In this document: one piece after another, positions 12,075-24,641 of the stretch | Layout: each line of letters opens with the position of its first letter | Numbering within the stretch: position 1 is the first letter of the stretch | Source: Octopus sinensis | Taxonomy: Eukaryota | Direction of reading: 5' to 3' | Assembly (NCBI RefSeq): GCF_006345805.1 | Contig: NC_042998.1 | Coordinates: forward strand, 110,918,001-110,982,000 | Length of the DNA: 64,000 nucleotides | Position numbers and translations under genes: made by a program | The notes under the pieces: model-generated | What the model saw: only the letters and a program-made list of their open reading frames with translations | The model's database searches: none | Told to the model about the DNA's origin: nothing

Positions 12075-13650
12075 CAAAGATTGATCCAGGCCGTGTCTAA
12101 CTTAATAGCACCACCTGTTAGGATTATCTAAATCCTTTTCAAGTCAAGTTTTGTTTATGGTCCATACAAGTAGTGAGTTCTTGTTGAGTGAGTTGTATCC
12201 AGCTATGGGTGCTTATCTGGTATTCCTTGAAAAAATCTGTCCAGACACTATTTAAAGGCGATGGGATCCTTTTCCTCTTTAATCAGTTTTGGAACAATTT
12301 TAAATAGGGAAGCGCCTGTTGAAGAAAAGAAATTATGTCGCTGTGTACTTATATGTTGTGACAACAGGGGGGCGTATGGCCCGTGGTCCCAGCCTTGGAT
12401 GAACCTTGAAACTAATGTTCAGGTCGTTTGGGCATTGCTGGCAGTATATTGTCCACATCGTGCAAATGATGTACCGCTCGCGGCGGCGCTGGAGAGAGTA
12501 CGGTTTCAAGGCTTTAAGGTGGTCCCAGTAATCGAAATCAGTCTTACCATCAATTCGTTTAGTGAGTGCCCTTGGGGTCATTCAATCTTCGAGATGTTTT
12601 GTTTTGTATGGGAAGACCACAAGAGGCATCAGTATTCGAGGTGTGGCAGTACAAAGGAGGAGAAAAGTGGAAAGATGACAACTTGTTCTCTGGACTGGAA
12701 GGTTCTTAAGATCCAGGAGCTCATCCTAGGAGCTATATCGACCTTATTGTTGATCTGGGCACTTCAACTGAGATCGTTATCAACAATTACGCCCAGGTCT
12801 GTGATATTATTAGATGCCGTGAGCCGTTCCCCAGAAGGAAGATAGTATGGCTATTTTAGTATAGACTTTCTTCCAAAATGCATTAACTCAAATTTTCCCT
12901 CGTTCAGTTGCATTTTGTTTTTGTCTGCCCATTGACTCACAGCATATAGATCAGACTGTAGTTGAGTCCGGTCTTCTTCTTCATTGATGATTTGCTGGAG
13001 ATTAGTGTCATCAGCAAATATTTTCATTTGCAGTGATTTACGACGCTGGAAAGCTCATTTGTGTAAATTATAAAGAGGAGCGGGCCTAAGACAGTCCCCT
13101 GAGGAACACCACTTGTGACTTTTTCTGGGCTTGAGTGGACTCCATCGACCACAGCTTCTTGTGTTCTATTCGCCAGGAAATAATTAATCCAGTGTAGACG
13201 TTTTCCACAGATTCCAACATTCGCCAAGATATTATGTTCAACACTGTCGAACGCTTCACTGAAGTCAAGATATATGACATCAGAGTTCGAACCTTTTCCC
13301 AAGGTTTTAAGTATATCTTCAATGTGGTGTAAGAGCTGTGTTAGACAGTCTCTGGTACAGCGAAAGCCATGCTTATTTTCAATTAAAAGTTTGTGGGTCT
13401 CCAGGAACTCAGCTATCCTTGATCTTACCACTCTTTTAAACACTTAAATAATATGGGAGGTGACTGAGATTGGGCGATAGTTGACTGCGAGGGATATGTT
13501 TCTCTGTTTGAAAATCTCGATGACAGACTGGGATAGGAGCTGTTTCGGTATATAATCGTTTCGGCAAGCGAACACTCTATATATGGGATCTTCCATTTTA
13601 TATGTAAATTTAAATACTTTGGGAAAACGAATTTCTAAATCAATCAGGTA
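12075..13650 (-). mobile_element. CR1/L2-group LINE remnant (reverse transcriptase and C-terminal region)
   Basis: NYRPISVTSH; HGFR..RDCLTQLL..DVIYLDFSEAFDSVEH..SGVPQGTVLGPLLFIIY; ADD motif frameshifted; C-terminal DYWDHLKALKPYSLQRRRERY. Confidence 0.9.
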
Positions 13651-13946
13651 CAACCCTTCAACATTAAATGTATCTGCATATCGTACCTTGGGGTCTTATT
13701 TATCATATATTTATATATTTATCTAGAAATATATAAAGTATCTAATAAAAGTCAATAATAATTCAGTTTTGGGGGATTAATAGATATGCGGGTATTCTAT
13801 TTCAGATAATATTTAAAAAATAACCTAATGAGTATATCTGAAAGTAAACTCATGGTATCCATTTGCACATCACGAAATAATACTTAAAGGACATAACCAT
13901 TATTAATCCCCAAAAATATGCAATATGTGTGTGTGTGTGTGTTTGA

Positions 13947-14186
13947 GAAAAAAGTCATCAGAATTTTGGAAATAAAATCTTTTTTATTTCTTTATTATTA
14001 TTAGCGCTTTCGTTCGTTTCTCGAACTCGCCAATACAATTTTGTGAATGTACAAACATCCTGTTCATTTATAAAAAAACATGTTTTGGGGTTTTTTTTGT
14101 TTAGAAGAGAACATTGTTTTTGGTTTTTTCTTCGGTGACGTTCCATGACAATGGAGATGGATAGATAGAAATATAGGTAGGTAGAC

Positions 14187-14283
<97 letters not shown>

Positions 14284-14310
14284 CATAGTCAGTCAGAGAC
14301 ACATAGATAG
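13947..14310. repeat. Unclassified dispersed repeat carrying an internal (GATA)n, copy 1
   Basis: Aligns with 54273-54718 (ttattattagcgctttcgttc, tgtgaatgtacaaaca, tttagaagagaacattgttttt, gacaatgga.atggatagatagaaatataggtaggtaga). Confidence 0.8.
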
Positions 14311-14554
14311 GTAGAGGGAGAGAGAGAGAGAGAGAAAAGGGCGATCCCCTTTCCTATTCACAATTCATTTATTCGTTTATTTAGTTAGTTATTTACCATT
14401 ATATTGGAATGGGTTTAGGGATGGTGACCTCTCCAAAACCAAAAAAAAAAACAGGTGCGGTGTCATTACAGAAAGACTTTTGCTTTCTTTCTGTCTTTCC
14501 CTTTACTTCTTTTTCCCTCTTTCTTTCTTTTTCTCCTCTTTGAGTTATATTTAG

Positions 14555-14733
14555 AATACAAAATCTACTGCCTCCTGTTTTCTTTTAAACATCCAATCTT
14601 GGAGAAAATATTTTGATTAAATGTAGTTCTGCATGAAAAAAACATTAGTATAATATTTCCAAATTAAATATTTTTAAAATTCAATAAATATAATAAAATA
14701 AAACATATTTGTATATACATATAGGCGATAAGC

Positions 14734-14768
<35 letters not shown>

Positions 14769-15960
14769 GAACATTTGTAGAGATTGGTCACATTTGGAAT
14801 AAAAAATGCAAATTCTCCACTTTACCTTCAAAACATTCAATTCTGGAGAGAATCCCTTGATGTGTGTACGCGAGCGTGTGTGAGTGTGTGTTTGTGTGTG
14901 TGTGTGCGTGTGCATGCGTGTGTGTGTGTGTGCGTATGTGTGTGTGTGCGTATGGGTATGTGTGTGTGTTTGTTTGGGACCGTGTCGATATTTATACTGT
15001 GTAACTTCGATCACGCTTCTTTCAATTTCATGTTTTTGCACTAGGGAACATTAGTATAACACTTACAAACTAGAGGTACACGCAAAGCTCAGAACATCTC
15101 AATGTTACACATATACATCTGAATATTTACAGAGATGAGCATTATGTTTCCGATATTTGATTTATATTCTGAATATAAAATGTACTGTCTCTACTTTTCT
15201 TTCAAACATTCAATTTAGGAGAGAATTTTTTAGATGAAATGTAGTTTCATTGCTTTTCGGTATTGTGGATCGTCCCGTGCACATTTGTACTGTATATTTC
15301 TAGATGCTTACTTAATGGGATCTTGCGTGATTCCTCTTATCAGATATGTTATCTGTGGATTCTTGCACGTTGGCAGAGGGAATTATGTGTTTCGCCAATG
15401 TAATTTTCTTTATAGTTTGGGCAGGTGATGCAGTATATGGAGTTTTGCGTTTTGGAGTTCATATCTGCATTTATTTTGAAAAGAGATCCGTTCTTGAATT
15501 TTTTGTGGGAACCATTTTGTAAGTATTTGAAGTAGTTGGTGTTGTTGTTTGTTCCTATCTCTACATTCTTTTACTAAGAATTCTGATTCCTTCTCTAAAT
15601 TGAATTCTGCCCTTGTGAGGTGTTTATTTTAAATATATTTTGATTCGCGTCTGTTATTCTGTAAGGTGTGTTTTTCAATCAGGTTTTTCATTTTGGGCTT
15701 TTATAGGAGTATACTTAAGTTCGATTTTATGGCGTGAAAGAAGTTGGTTATTCTAAGTCTGTATGTGTTAATGAAAGGAATTGTGTTTCCATTAACTTTT
15801 TCGTTAGATGTCCGTGGTTGGGTGCTGTTTCATCGCCTTTTTAATTCTCTCATTAATTAATCCTAACGGGCATTTCTGCTTTGGGACGAAGCCTTTGAGT
15901 TCGTTGCATCGTATTTCGCGTATTTTGGGGTCAGTGACTATAGCACAGATGCACCTCACA
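14555..15960 (-). mobile_element. Penelope-like element 3' remnant (RT C-terminus, GIY-YIG endonuclease, repeated terminal segments)
   Basis: RCICAIVTDPKIREIRCNELKGF..QKCPLGLINERIKKA; SIYCITCPNYKENYIGE (GIY-YIG); LCQRARIHR; ORF end RKAMKLHFI. The end segment at ~15171-15252 recurs at ~14555-14630 and ~14797-14860. Confidence 0.8.
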
Positions 15961-15967
15961 CCTAAGA

Positions 15968-15975
15968 CTATATAT

Positions 15976-16029
<54 letters not shown>

Positions 16030-16085
16030 GTGTATATATATATATATATATAATATATATATATATATATAGTGTATATATATAT
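15968..16085. repeat. (TA)n microsatellite interrupting the Penelope-like remnant
   Basis: Directly visible. Confidence 0.95.
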
Positions 16086-16269
16086 TGTATATTTTTTAAC
16101 TTCTTTTATATTCATGTTTTGAATTTACATTTTTATATTTATACATATTTATGTTTATTTTATTTCTCCTTTATATTATTTTTATATATACATATATATA
16201 TTTGTATTTTTATTTCATTTGTTTTTAAAGAAAAGAAATATATTATTTTATATACTTGTGTATGGCTAG

Positions 16270-18230
16270 CCGAAAACTAAAAATGCACAATCAAACAGTG
16301 AAAGTTGATATTGGTACTGAAGTAAATGGCAAAAAGAGCTGCGGCACATCATGTTCTGTGGTCTGGCCCAGTTGGTGTTCCGCGGCACCACAGCCTGGGT
16401 CGGGTCGTCATCCTGCAACTGTGAGTAAATTCAGGTCTATGAGTATTGGATGCTGGAACGGTCGAACCTTATTAGACAATTATCTGTTGAAATCTCCTCC
16501 AGAGAGAAGATCCGCACTTGTTCCAAAAGGGTCACAGCGATATGATATGGATGTTGTAGCATTATCCGAGACAAGAATTAGTGGAAAACAGAATTTTGTA
16601 GAGAAATCTGCTTGATAAATTTTGGAGCAGTCGGGATGAGACCTGTAAGATAGAATCTGGAGTAGGATCTACTATTAAAATCACTCTGGTTTCGAAATTT
16701 GAGGAACTGCCATATGGTTATTCTGATCACTTGATAGCTTTAAGACTGCCATAAAGAAATGGTTGCTTTGCAACACTCATACGTGCATATGCTGCAACTA
16801 TGAACTCATCCGAAGATGAAAAACTTGCCTTCTATCTATCACAGAGATTATACGCAGCAGCCCACTTGATGACAAAGTTGTAATTTTAGGTGATTTTAAT
16901 GCTCGCGTTGGTGCAGATTGGAAGACTTGGGGTGACTTAGGAAAGCATGGGTTTGGGAGTTCCAACAGTAACAGTTTACTGCTATTACAAATCTGTACGG
17001 AGATGGATCTGTGTGTCATGAACACTATGTTTCAACTAAAGAATAAGTACAAATTGACATGGCATGGAATGACTCTGGATCTAAGAAATAGCGCCTTAGA
17101 GATTATATCCTCACTAGGAAACGTGATATCAGGGACAGATCATAGACTTTTGCGTGCTAAGGTGAATCTTCTTGTAAAGTTTAAGTCTAGAACAAACAAT
17201 CTCAAGTTATCTAAACGGATCGATATCAATAAGCATAAAATACTGCCAGTAAACAGTGATTTTGTGAGTGAGATAAATAATATGTCCTGTGATAGAAGTT
17301 GGAATTCCTTCAGAGAGAGAGAGAGAGAGAGAGAGATATTCTATGAGGTTTGTCGTACATTCTTGGTTTTGTTGTGAAAAAGCACTAAGACTGGCTTGAC
17401 GATAATGATGAAGAAATTGGTCTTTTCTTAGAGGAGAAGCGAAAGGCATTCAACATATTGCTAAATGCTGACTTTCCAACGAACAGGACAGAAGCTACAC
17501 ATTTCAAAGCAATAAAAGCAACTGTGCAGCGAAAGCTGAGGATGATGCAGGAAAATTGGTGCACTGATAGATACGATGAAAACATCCAAGAAGCTTCAAA
17601 TGGGTTTATGGTTCAGATCAACGGTTGATCCACTTCGTAGCAAGGATGGCACATAATTATTAGCAAATCCTAAAGATACCGTTGGGAGATGGAAAGCCCC
17701 ACTGAAGTTGATCTCGAAGACCAACATCTTTTAGCAGAGGTTTCAAACCTGGCTGAATAAAAGCGGCGATCGGGAAATTGGTATGGATGGATTAGATGCA
17801 AAGACATACAAATATGGTGGTGAACATTTCTGCATAATTTTGGCAGATGTAATTCAGACGGTTTGGCATAGTGAAATGGTTCCTCAAGATTGGCGTGATG
17901 CGATTCTTGAGATACTCTATAAATCGAAAGGTGGAAAGGATGTCTGAGATAATCTTTGTGGTATCTGTCTCTTTACTGTCGCTGGAAATATTCTTTGTAG
18001 GATTGCTGGATAGATTGCTTCTGCACATTGCTGATGCTGTTCTACCAGAATCGTAATGTGGGTTTAGAGGTGCTAGGAGTACTATGAATATGATATTTTC
18101 GGCTAGACATTTACAAGAGAAGTGCATCGAACAGGATATGGTCTTATATCAAGTTTTTATTTATCTGACGCAAGTGTTTCATTCTGTAGAGGCTGTAAAT
18201 AGAGTCTCACTTTGAGAGATCCTGAAAAAG
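16270..18230 (+). mobile_element. RTE (BovB-like) LINE, endonuclease plus N-terminal RT, 3'-truncated and degenerate
   Basis: IGCWNGRTLLDN..PERRSALV..RYDMDVVALSETR (APE endonuclease); VILGDFNARVG; later GICLFTVAGNILCRIAG..LPES*CGFRGARSTMNMIFSARHLQEKCIEQ; (GA)n inserted at ~17311. Confidence 0.9.
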
Positions 18231-18624
18231 CCGAGCTAACCACACATATAAACAGAAAATCAGTAAAGAAAAATACTTCAATACTCTATAAAATTATTAA
18301 TAAAGTACATGATTAGTCTTAGGAGAAATGTTCATATGGTAACACAAATCCAATATAAAGATGCAGAAAACCCAAACATCAACGCTCAAAAATTTCGCTA
18401 AACGAAAACACATTAACTTGTTACTGCAGGTGCAGACGCATTACGGTAGTGAGCAAAACCCTTCTCTGGAAGGGCTACATGAATTGAATATGTATATACG
18501 AAACGACAAAGACACAAAATATGCCTCCTTTCTTGAAAATGAGACTGTGGAAATATCGAATATGAAATCTGGAAATATTGAATATGAATTTGTAAACTTA
18601 CTGTAACAATCTAGGTGCAAAAAG

Positions 18625-18662
<38 letters not shown>

Positions 18663-18759
18663 CACACAAATATACACACAGGTATCTATGATACGTGAGT
18701 GACAATATTTGTATATCCATGCATAGACGTATATGTATATGAACATAAAATGTGACCTC

Positions 18760-18952
18760 GTGTGTACCGTAAGCGATTTTTTTCCTCTGTCTTCCCTTCT
18801 CTGGATCTTTCCTTCTCCTATGTTTCCGACGAAGAGCTCCGCTCGAAACGTTAAATCCTCCTTCTTTCCTTCTTTCCTGAGCGTCCAATAATACTATAGT
18901 TGTTCCACGTCCTCGCGGTGTTGTGTTCTTTTGCGCTTTATTGTTTGGATTA

Positions 18953-18955
<3 letters not shown>
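18760..18955 (+). mobile_element. Penelope-type terminal repeat (pseudo-LTR) with minimal hammerhead-like motif
   Basis: Pyrimidine-rich repeat containing ttt-ccgacga-a-gagc(tcc)gctc-gaaa-cgtt-aaa at 18823-18855; family assignment is from motif architecture only. Confidence 0.6.
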
Positions 18956-19003
<48 letters not shown>

Positions 19004-20761
19004 GAAACACATAAACCCGGAACCGTGAGGTTGGGAAGCAAACTTCTTACCAGACAGCTACTCGTGCACCTATATATATATATATATATACAAGTGTATA
19101 TGAATACACATATACATACATGTACGTGTATATATATCTATATATATATTAATGTATGTATATATGTGTGCATACGTACTTATAGTTATACATGCACATA
19201 TATTAGTATAGCCATATGTAAATGTGCAACTCTGTACGTATGCACAGATACAGATAGAGAAACACATACATGTGCATATGCATAAATATAGGATTAGAAA
19301 GCGTCCCCACTGTATTTTCACCCAGACAGTAGTATACCTTTATCTCTACACACTCTTTTCATCATTGAATTTTCAATTTGATTTAACTCATATTACCAAT
19401 GTGTATTGTGAGCTACAAAGAAAATGCTATTCCCTCCTGTTATTATCATTATGATCCTCACCATCATTATTAATATCCGTGTCATCGTGATAATGATCAT
19501 CATTATCATCATCACAAACGTGACCGCCGCCATATTGTTCAGTATCAATACCATTATACTTGCTTTCAAAGAGTGTAATCTTTTTCAATAACATACATCA
19601 TGTGAAAGACCCTGCGATTATTCTTAGTCATAATCTATATCATGTTTTGTATCACATCATTAGTAGTCCCTTTTAATACTCTCTTAATAATATACTTAAT
19701 GTTACCTCCGAGAGCACCAGCGAAGGATGAGAATATAATGTATTTTGTCAGTTTAAAAACATCGATGTAAAGAAAAGTCTTAAAGTAATATATATTTGGG
19801 AAATGGAATGATGCAATTCTAAGTTTGTAATATTAGATAAAACATAACATTAAGTGATTGATGAAAAGAAAAAAAATATTGTAGTTGTAGTTAGAAAATA
19901 ACATGAAAGACTTACAGATAAAACCGTGAGTAAAAGAGAACATAAAATCTAAATTTTAAATATATGAAATTTTTGCAGAAATTATAGGCTGAAAACATAT
20001 AAACACGAAGCAAACCTTTATACAAATACATAGACAACACTGCATAATTTCCTCTACCCACTTTTAAGCACATCACAAAGATTTTAAGTGCTCTTACCTC
20101 ACATCCAATGAAATCACTGTAAACTTTTACTACCATCAATATAAATGAAACACATATAACACACATCTGGCTTTATTGATAATATTTACTGTATTTGTAT
20201 TTTTCTTTTATTTTGTTTCTCAGCACACAAACAACAGCATTACGTGTAATTGATGAACACCATTGCCTCAATGGTCATTCGCCCGTAACATATTTTCTAA
20301 CACAACTCTATCAAGTCCTCCAGTATAGAAACTGCTGAACTTGAAAGCGTATCTGTTCCATCCTTAAAACCTTGCTTAGAAATATAAATTGCCCCTTATT
20401 TGTGATTTGCTAGAAAATACGAGCAGCTCTATATTAAATTTGTTGCAAGAATTTCTTCGCGTTCTCTCACGAAACAAATGGGAAAGCACGCACATGTACA
20501 CTCCTTCCCTCAAAACTTACACATACACACACACACACATACATGAAGGAGAAACTACTTGATGAATGTTACCTCACTCTCCCTCACTGTCTCTCTCTAC
20601 CCATTATCCTCTCCCACTCACTTTATCCTCTCCCACTCACTCTCTCTCTCTCTCCCTCTCCCATTTACCTCTTTTTCGCCCTAACTATTATAACACCACC
20701 AATAAAAACTATCATGTATTACATATGAACGTGCACAAATATATCAAAAGTATTTGTTAAT

Positions 20762-20797
<36 letters not shown>

Positions 20798-21114
20798 ATA
20801 GCGTTTTTTTAAAGCAACGTACACATCCTAAAACGTACACATTTGAGTTTGTCGTAGATCAACCAACACGTTGAAATGTAACCCACTTTTCGAACATTCT
20901 TCCATGATGAAATAACCAGTTAACCAGTTTCAACATGAAAAATCTAGATTAAATAAATTTAATTTAATTTACTTTCTGTAATTGAACTAATAGGATATGG
21001 AAACGTCTGTAGGACGAGAATTGCATTATATGGCTTTGATTATCTTTAAATAAACTGATGTCAGTATGTCAATTTCTCCATTTTCTTCTTTTTCTTATTC
21101 ATAAATATTTTAGA

Positions 21115-21161
<47 letters not shown>

Positions 21162-21197
21162 ACGCAAAACTATTATATTTAGTTTTCACTGAACACT

Positions 21198-21276
<79 letters not shown>

Positions 21277-21279
21277 TTA

Positions 21280-21430
21280 ATCGGTTTCAGCTCAGTGTTA
21301 TGGCCATGCTGGGGCACCGCCGTTTTGCTTCACTGTTATTGCGAACCTCCTCTTATATGTGACATTTGGTGAATAAGGGAGTTTGATGTCGCTGCCCTCA
21401 TTCGCGAAGTTGCGACTATCAACAAGAAGA
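21280..21430 (-). mobile_element. SINE/LINE 3'-tail fragment
   Basis: ggccatgctggggcaccgcc is shared with the tails of family-1 SINEs at 33076, 44898 and 62304. Confidence 0.5.
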
Positions 21431-21554
21431 GATGTATGAATAAGACATTTCATATAAGAATATGTATAAATATAGATATAACTACATACATGTATTGTCA
21501 TATATATACATATTGTTTGATAGATAGATAGATTGATCGATATACATGTATGAT

Positions 21555-23900
21555 CGATGTATGTTAGCTTGAACCAAGACCCGTTTGAGCTGGTCTTTAA
21601 AACAGAATTTCGGACCTTCCCTGGGCCTTGTTCCGATCACAAGTTTTCCGTAGAGCATGATCCTTGGGAGATGAGAGGGCTCCGTACACTGAACGTGATC
21701 TGCCCAGCAGAGACGATGGAGAAGAATGGTGGCTTCGACACTTGGTAGTAAGGCGGGGCAAAACCACCGTTGTTGTTGTCGTGATCTCGCCATTGTATGT
21801 TGAGTAACTGTCGCAGCTTCGATTGCTGGAAGCATTCAAGACGCTTGAAGTCACGGCGTTACAACGTCCAAGTCTCTCATGCGTAGAGTAGAGATGACAG
21901 GACAATGGCATGGGAGACCATGTTCTTTGTCCGGATGGTCAGCGCGTGATTGAAGAATACTGAGTCTCCCATATTGTCGTAAAAGAAGCAGACCAGATCA
22001 ATAGAGTCCTCTGGACATCCAAACCGTGCAAGGACGGCACATATTGCAAGACGGGGGACCTTGTCAGAGGCTTTCTTTAGATCCCAGAAGATGAACATTG
22101 CATGATGTTGTTGTTTCTGACACTTATCCTGGAGTTGACGGACACAAAAGATTATGTTGATTGTGCTTCGAGAGGGTCAAAAGCCATGCTGAGATTCAAT
22201 GAGGACGTCTTCCGCGAGGATGAGGAGGCAATTGGTGATTGAGTAGGATACGGGCGAAGACCTGACTTGCAATACTCAATAGTGAGAAGTCCCGATAGTT
22301 GTTGCAATCCTCTCTGTCTCTTTTCTTATAGATGGTGATGATAGTTGCATCGCGGAAATCGTTCGGGGTGGGGGTCTTGATTTCCCTGATCTTGAGGATG
22401 ATGTGTATCAGATGGTTGCTCAGCTCACGCCCTCCGTGCGTGAAAACTCAAACGGGATGTTGTATGGTCCTGGATCTTTCCTCGGCTTCATGTGCGCAAG
22501 TGCTTTGTTGAACACATGGCGTGAGGGCAACAGGGACATCCATTGGTGGATAAGGAGATGTGGGGTGTTTTGGAGGAGATCGTCAGGAGTGTGTGATTGA
22601 TCGTTAAGTAGGCACTCGAAATGGGACTTCCAGCGATCGCGGATTCCCAGGGTGTAGTTATCGTAAAGTCAGCTGCGTCCCCCAGTCCGCCCACTGATGA
22701 CCTTGTAGAGCCGAAGATCTCCTTAGTTGCAGCATAAAAGCTGCGCAAGTCTCGTTTGCTCGCATAGTTTTGCATCTCATCTGCTTTCATATGCCAACAT
22801 TCCTCGCTGGCATTCCGCTGATGCTTGCTGGTGTTTTCGTTTGTTATCCGCAGTGGCATGATCCATGAGTGCTAGGCGCGTCTGGAGTTTGGCTTCGATA
22901 AGACAGGAGATGGTTTCATCATTCTCGTCAAACCAGTTCTGGTCCCTCTTTCGGGCAAAGACGATCGTCTCTTCAGTGGCAGTGGTCATTTCTTCACGAA
23001 GCTGGTCCAGCGATCCTCAATGGAGGTAAGCTTTGGCAAGGCCAACTTCATGGATCCATGGTTCGTTATTATTCTTCCTCTTCCAAAAGATGGAGTATCT
23101 GGAGCCAGCTTCTCTGATGCTGCCTTCTACGGAAAGTCTAATCTCGCTCAAGGCTGTCACGTCAATGTTGAAGCGGGTACGAGGGCTGTACATCGCTCTG
23201 GTCGATTAATTTCCCTCTTGTCCTGGAGATTGCGGATGTTCCAGGCCTCGAAGGTGAGAGGTTATGAAACAGAGGATTTAGTAGAGTTCAGACTGCTAAA
23301 TGGGAGGTCCGCCAGCCGTGGTATGTTGGTCAGATCGATATGCCGTATCCGATGTTTACCTCACCTTTTCTAGGGATCCCCTTGAGGAGTGGGCTGCGGC
23401 AATCTTAAAGAGGCCAGCCCAGTCACGAGTATAGCTGCCGAACTCCAATATTACGGCTATTCATTGGAGAGCGACGAACTGAGATTCGCCACCAATGTGT
23501 GGTCACGGACTAGAGGCTTCCAGTTTTCCAGACCTACCTCCGGTGACCACGATAGTATCACATTGGACTTTTTGAGACAGATTAGAAAGATGAAGCCATT
23601 CGCTGAGTACATTGTTTGAGGTGATCGTGGCTGCGCGACGGCCACGAGCACGCACTTGGCCAGGAACGTCTCCACTGCAGCTCAAGAATTGAGACCTGCA
23701 GTCTTGATGAGGTTAGTTGCAGCGAGCTTCCTGAGTCTATCTACTTTGTCACGCCTGCCCACTAGGCGTTGCCCCCTTCAGCCGAAGTCAATCCTTGGGG
23801 TCTTGAGATAGCTGTCATCCGCTGTTGCCGTTGGGGTCTAGACGTTGGTATTTGTCGTGTTTAGTCTGGGACCACATTCTTGACCTTGCCGCCATCGGTG
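21555..23900 (-). mobile_element. RTE-clade LINE, internally deleted, with GC-rich 5' region
   Basis: LTFEAWNIRNLQDK..RFNIDVTALSEIRL..YSIFW (endonuclease start, ~23030-23260) jumps to RDQNWFDEND..; FWDLKKASDKV; C-terminal PRIMLYGKLVIGTRPREGPKFCFKDQLK. 5' boundary uncertain. Confidence 0.88.
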
Positions 23901-24119
23901 GCCCTACCAGAAGTCTAAGTCTCCAGATGGTATCATTCTCGGATTCATTGGAGCACACACGCTCATCTACCACGACAAGAGAACACACAAGCTCTTCCAA
24001 GGGACGATCATTCTTAGTAAGGAATAATGTATTTGTACGACTCTACAAAAGTATGGAATAACCCTTCAGGTTAATGTAATTCTTATTTAATCATAACTAG
24101 ACATAAAAGGAATTATGAA

Positions 24120-24300
24120 TTTATAAATAAAATACAAAAATAGGATGCACAACAAAAGTCAAGAGAATGTGCACAATGAATATATTAGAATAATGCTCAG
24201 AGAAAGTTTGAGACGGAAAATGATGGGATGTGACGTTTCGAGAGCTCCTGCTCAGATAGGGGAAGAAGGACAAGCCGTCAGAGAAGAAAAAGAACAGTCC
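24120..24300 (-). mobile_element. Penelope-type terminal repeat with degenerate hammerhead-like motif
   Basis: Minus strand ctgagca-g-gagctctc-gaaa-cgtc (24229-24257), architecture like 18823-18855. Confidence 0.45.
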
Positions 24301-24302
24301 TA

Positions 24303-24360
<58 letters not shown>

Positions 24361-24591
24361 GTGTGTGTGTGTGTGTGTGCGGGTGCGCGCGCATGTGTGT
24401 ATGTATATACATACATATGTGTATACATACATTTAAACACAAGAGAAGCTGCCTTTAACAGGCGGCTTTACACGCTAGAAGAAGCAGTCAAAACTACCCA
24501 AAACACATTTAAGAGCAATTTGGAAGGGAATGAAAAGTATAAACTTTTACCTTGTTATTTTTTTATGGTCATACCTAGATTAGCAAATATA

Positions 24592-24641
24592 ATGAGCATT
24601 TCGCCTAGCAAATTATTTTATTTGCTAGGCGAAATGCTCAT
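24592..24641. other. Perfect 22-bp inverted repeat with 6-nt loop
   Basis: atgagcatttcgcctagcaaat-tatttt-atttgctaggcgaaatgctcat. Confidence 0.95.

Noticed and set aside
12261-12845. 194-aa plus-strand ORF
   Set aside because: Antisense to the CR1/L2-like LINE, whose minus strand carries the recognisable motifs.
20224-20284. Strong acceptor (ttttgtttctcAG) with frame TQTTALRVIDEHHCLNGHSP
   Set aside because: Only a mediocre donor (GTAACA) and no supporting homology; indistinguishable from chance.
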